From positions 1-64,000 of the IMG/VR virus record IMGVR_UViG_3300027782_000066: a DNA stretch of 64,000 nt; one strand, given 5' to 3'. Position numbers and translations under genes: made by a program. Below are positions 61,689-64,000 of this stretch, piece by piece. The notes below the pieces were generated by a model that was given only the letters and a program-made list of their open reading frames with translations, had not been told where the DNA came from and did not search any database. This stretch comes from a virus. Within the stretch, counting starts at the first letter, position 1; each line of letters opens with the position of its first letter.

Positions 61689-62420
61689 ATGAAAAAATTA
61701 ACATTTGACGACGCTAAAAATAATAAAATATTTACTATCATTGAAAAGAATGGTGATAGTAAATATATTAATTTGATTGAAGATGCATATGAGAAAGCAA
61801 AAAAATATGAAAGTAAACTTCCAGAATGGGTTATTACTATGGAAGGAATGTCTGGCGTTCAGTACAGACACTTCATCAATAACTTATTTGAGAACATTGA
61901 AACCTCTGACTACCTTGAAATAGGATGCTGGAAGGGGTCTACAACCTGCTCTGCCACTTATAAAAATTCAGTTAAGGCATATTGTATTGATAACTGGAGA
62001 GAGTTTGGTGGACCCAAAAATGAATTCTTAAGTAACATTCAGAGATGTATGAATGAAAGTGACGGTAAATGTGATATTCAATTGGTTGAAAATGATTTCA
62101 GAAGATTGGAATATAATAACATCGGTAAGTATAATGTGTATATGTTTGATGGTCCACATTCATTAGATGATCAGAGAGATGCATTAATATTTGCTAAGGA
62201 TGCACTTGAGGATGAATTTATTTTTATTTGTGATGACTGGAATTGGGGTCATGTAAGAGAAGGTACTATACAAGGATTAGAACAATCTAATATGGAAGTA
62301 ATTTATTCAATTGATCTTAGAACTACTCCTGACAATACTACTTGCACTCACGAGAATGGATATGAAAGAAGTGACTGGCACAACGGCTATTATATTTCAG
62401 TAGTTAAAAAAATTAAATAA
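61689..62420 (+). CDS. Class I SAM-dependent methyltransferase
   Basis: 'YLEIGCWKGST', 'CIDNW', 'FDGPH', 'FICDDWNW'. Confidence 0.85.
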   Translation: MKKLTFDDAKNNKIFTIIEKNGDSKYINLIEDAYEKAKKYESKLPEWVITMEGMSGVQYRHFINNLFENIETSDYLEIGCWKGSTTCSATYKNSVKAYCIDNWREFGGPKNEFLSNIQRCMNESDGKCDIQLVENDFRRLEYNNIGKYNVYMFDGPHSLDDQRDALIFAKDALEDEFIFICDDWNWGHVREGTIQGLEQSNMEVIYSIDLRTTPDNTTCTHENGYERSDWHNGYYISVVKKIK

Positions 62421-62446
62421 ATATAATATCTCTTAATTCAGTATTA

Positions 62447-63499
62447 ATGTATAATTTTTCTGAATACTCCACAAAAATTTATATGCGTGAGAAGTATTAC
62501 AACGGTGAAGTGTTCCCAGAAGGAATGAAAGTAAGAAATAATAGCGATAGAGTAGGTGTTATAATTCGTCGTGGACCTAATTATGTTATCTGCTTGGGAG
62601 AAGATCAGAAAACTTTTAGGAGTTGGATTTCTGATATTAGTGAGGTCCACGAACTAGGTACTGATGAAACGAGAGAATATCTACAATCAATAACTCCCAA
62701 TCAAAAAGTTGAGAGGTATGGCAAAACCAAGACCCCTAAGCATACTACTATGATAAATAATAAAAAAGGTACTTACAAGGAAATGTTTAACGATAGTTTT
62801 TCTAAATCTTTGATTGAAAGATCTGCCAATGGAATTGGCGGCACAGATTGTTTTGGGGAGGTTGAGAATAAGCAGGAAGTTACAACCGAGTATAATAATT
62901 CCTTGATGCAAAGTGCAGTAGAGCATATTACGTCAGGTAAATTGTTTGAGGCTAAGAATAAAAAAGGTAAAGAGCAAGGTGCTGATGGCAAAGCTTGCTG
63001 GGATGGTTATAAGTATGCTGGTACTGAGAACGGTAAAGATAAGTGTGTCAAGGTAGAAGGGTATGGTACTAAGAAAAAAACTGAAGCATTAGATCCTGTC
63101 GGCAAAGAAGATGGTGATGTTGATAATGACGGTGATACTGATAACTCTGATAAGTATCTGAAGAAGCGTAGGGCAGCAATCTCTAAATCAGTTAAGAAAG
63201 AAAATTTTTCTGATTGGAGATCTGAACTTAATGAAAAATGTAATTATACTGAAGAAGGTGTGGAATGCCCTGAGCACGGCAAGGATGCCTGCTCAACAGT
63301 TAAGGAAGCAGATTGTGGTTGTGGCACTCCTTCAAAGATGAAGAAGGAAGAAGCTTTAACTAAAGGTGAAACTGACAAGAAAGAAAAAATTGTTCGTTCA
63401 ATGAAAAAAAATCTTAAGGATTTTAAATCACGCTATGGAGAGCGTGGTAAATCAGTTATGTACGCTACTGCCACGAAAATGGCAAAGAATGATAAATAA
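62447..63499 (+). CDS. Modular hypothetical late protein (SH3/KOW-like N-domain plus short Glu-delimited modules)
   Basis: ATAAATA 62417; 'GVIIRRGPNYVIC...FRSWISD'; modules 'CWDGYK...CV', 'DGDVDNDGDTDNSDKYLKKRR', 'VMYATATKMAK'. Confidence 0.7.
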   Translation: MYNFSEYSTKIYMREKYYNGEVFPEGMKVRNNSDRVGVIIRRGPNYVICLGEDQKTFRSWISDISEVHELGTDETREYLQSITPNQKVERYGKTKTPKHTTMINNKKGTYKEMFNDSFSKSLIERSANGIGGTDCFGEVENKQEVTTEYNNSLMQSAVEHITSGKLFEAKNKKGKEQGADGKACWDGYKYAGTENGKDKCVKVEGYGTKKKTEALDPVGKEDGDVDNDGDTDNSDKYLKKRRAAISKSVKKENFSDWRSELNEKCNYTEEGVECPEHGKDACSTVKEADCGCGTPSKMKKEEALTKGETDKKEKIVRSMKKNLKDFKSRYGERGKSVMYATATKMAKNDK

Positions 63500-63525
63500 A
63501 AGCAAACCACATTAACGAGGTCACT

Positions 63526-63711
63526 ATGTCAATCGCAGCAATTTTCGCTTGGGCGACTGCCAACCAAGCACTTATCGCAACTGTTCTTTTCGCAGTTTCT
63601 GAAGCACTTGGAGCAAATCCAAAGATCAAGGCAAACGGTATTCTTTCGCTCATTCTTTTACAAGTCCAAGGACAACTAAAAGCAAAGGGTGCTAAAGACG
63701 TTACGCCCTGA
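63526..63711 (+). CDS. Small membrane protein, holin-like candidate
   Basis: ATAAATA 63492, GAGG SD; hydrophobic helices, 'SEAL..NP.IKANG' motif, basic C-tail. Confidence 0.55.
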   Translation: MSIAAIFAWATANQALIATVLFAVSEALGANPKIKANGILSLILLQVQGQLKAKGAKDVTP

Positions 63712-63739
63712 TATAGTATAGTATAATATAATAATACTG

Positions 63740-63774
63740 ATGGGGGATTGCTATGTCCCCATTTTTTATAAATA
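63740..63774 (+). terminator. Intrinsic terminator overlapping late promoter TATAAATA (63767-63774)
   Basis: atgggg...ccccat + T run. Confidence 0.7.
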
Positions 63775-63804
63775 TAAAAAGAACGACTAAATTGGAGAAC
63801 TAAA

Positions 63805-64000
63805 ATGCCTCTCTGGGGAAAAAGTACAGGCGACGAGTCAAGACCTAAGTGGTTGAGACCAGAAGATCAACCAGCAAATAATCTTAACACCTGTTTTGCA
63901 GATGCTCGTGGTTGGGTTATTAAACACGCCAATGGGTTTGAAGAAGTTATTGCTACTATTGGTGGTCTTGGTGGCGCTGGTTCTACTGACCTTTTAGGCA
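63805..64000 (+). CDS. Probable virion structural protein, 3'-truncated by window edge
   Basis: Late promoter, GGAG SD, MPLWGKSTGDESRPKWLRPEDQPANNLNTCFADARGWVIKH... open to the end of the window. Confidence 0.65.
   Translation, partial: MPLWGKSTGDESRPKWLRPEDQPANNLNTCFADARGWVIKHANGFEEVIATIGGLGGAGSTDLLG

Noticed and set aside
1145-63653. Minus-strand ORFs of 60-140 aa
   Set aside because: All lie antisense to well-supported + strand genes, with no recognisable motifs or RBS
1-64000. CRISPR array, tRNA or rRNA genes
   Set aside because: Intergenic gaps are short (about 125 nt or less) and explained by promoters and terminators; no repeat-spacer periodicity or cloverleaf seen by eye
1-64000. 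Stop-codon reassignment
   Set aside because: Core genes translate full-length in the standard code, and TAA, TGA and TAG (3163-3165) all act as stops at gene junctions

Overview
64-kb segment of an AT-rich T4-like myovirus genome. It is most likely a cyanophage (Kyanoviridae-like), judged from gene order, hsp20, mazG and the gp23/gp20 sequences; no photosynthesis gene lies in the window, so the host is inferred. All credible genes are on the + strand. Order: tail-fibre/virion-appendage region with a GT4 glycosyltransferase and two giant repeat proteins (3811 and 3400 aa); neck, packaging, tail and head genes gp13-gp23 and gp3; uvsY, uvsW, gp55, gp47, gp46, gp45, gp44, gp62, regA, hsp20, gp43, uvsX, gp41, mazG; then a late-promoter cluster of nuclease-like, ligase-like, HxGH-nucleotidyltransferase, methyltransferase and modular Glu-punctuated proteins. 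T4-type late promoters ((T)ATAAATA), sigma70-type promoters and intrinsic terminators are readable. Most notable observations: (1) near-complete absence of off-frame stop triplets over ~1.9 kb at the 3' end of the 3811-aa gene; (2) a late-controlled, possibly capsid-packaged nucleic-acid enzyme suite with polyprotein-like cargo; (3) a candidate RNA-regulation layer made of a divergent promoter giving antisense RNA, a ROSE-like hsp20 leader, a late sRNA and four Sm-like paralogs. All annotations come from motif recognition and synteny by eye; no database searches were run.
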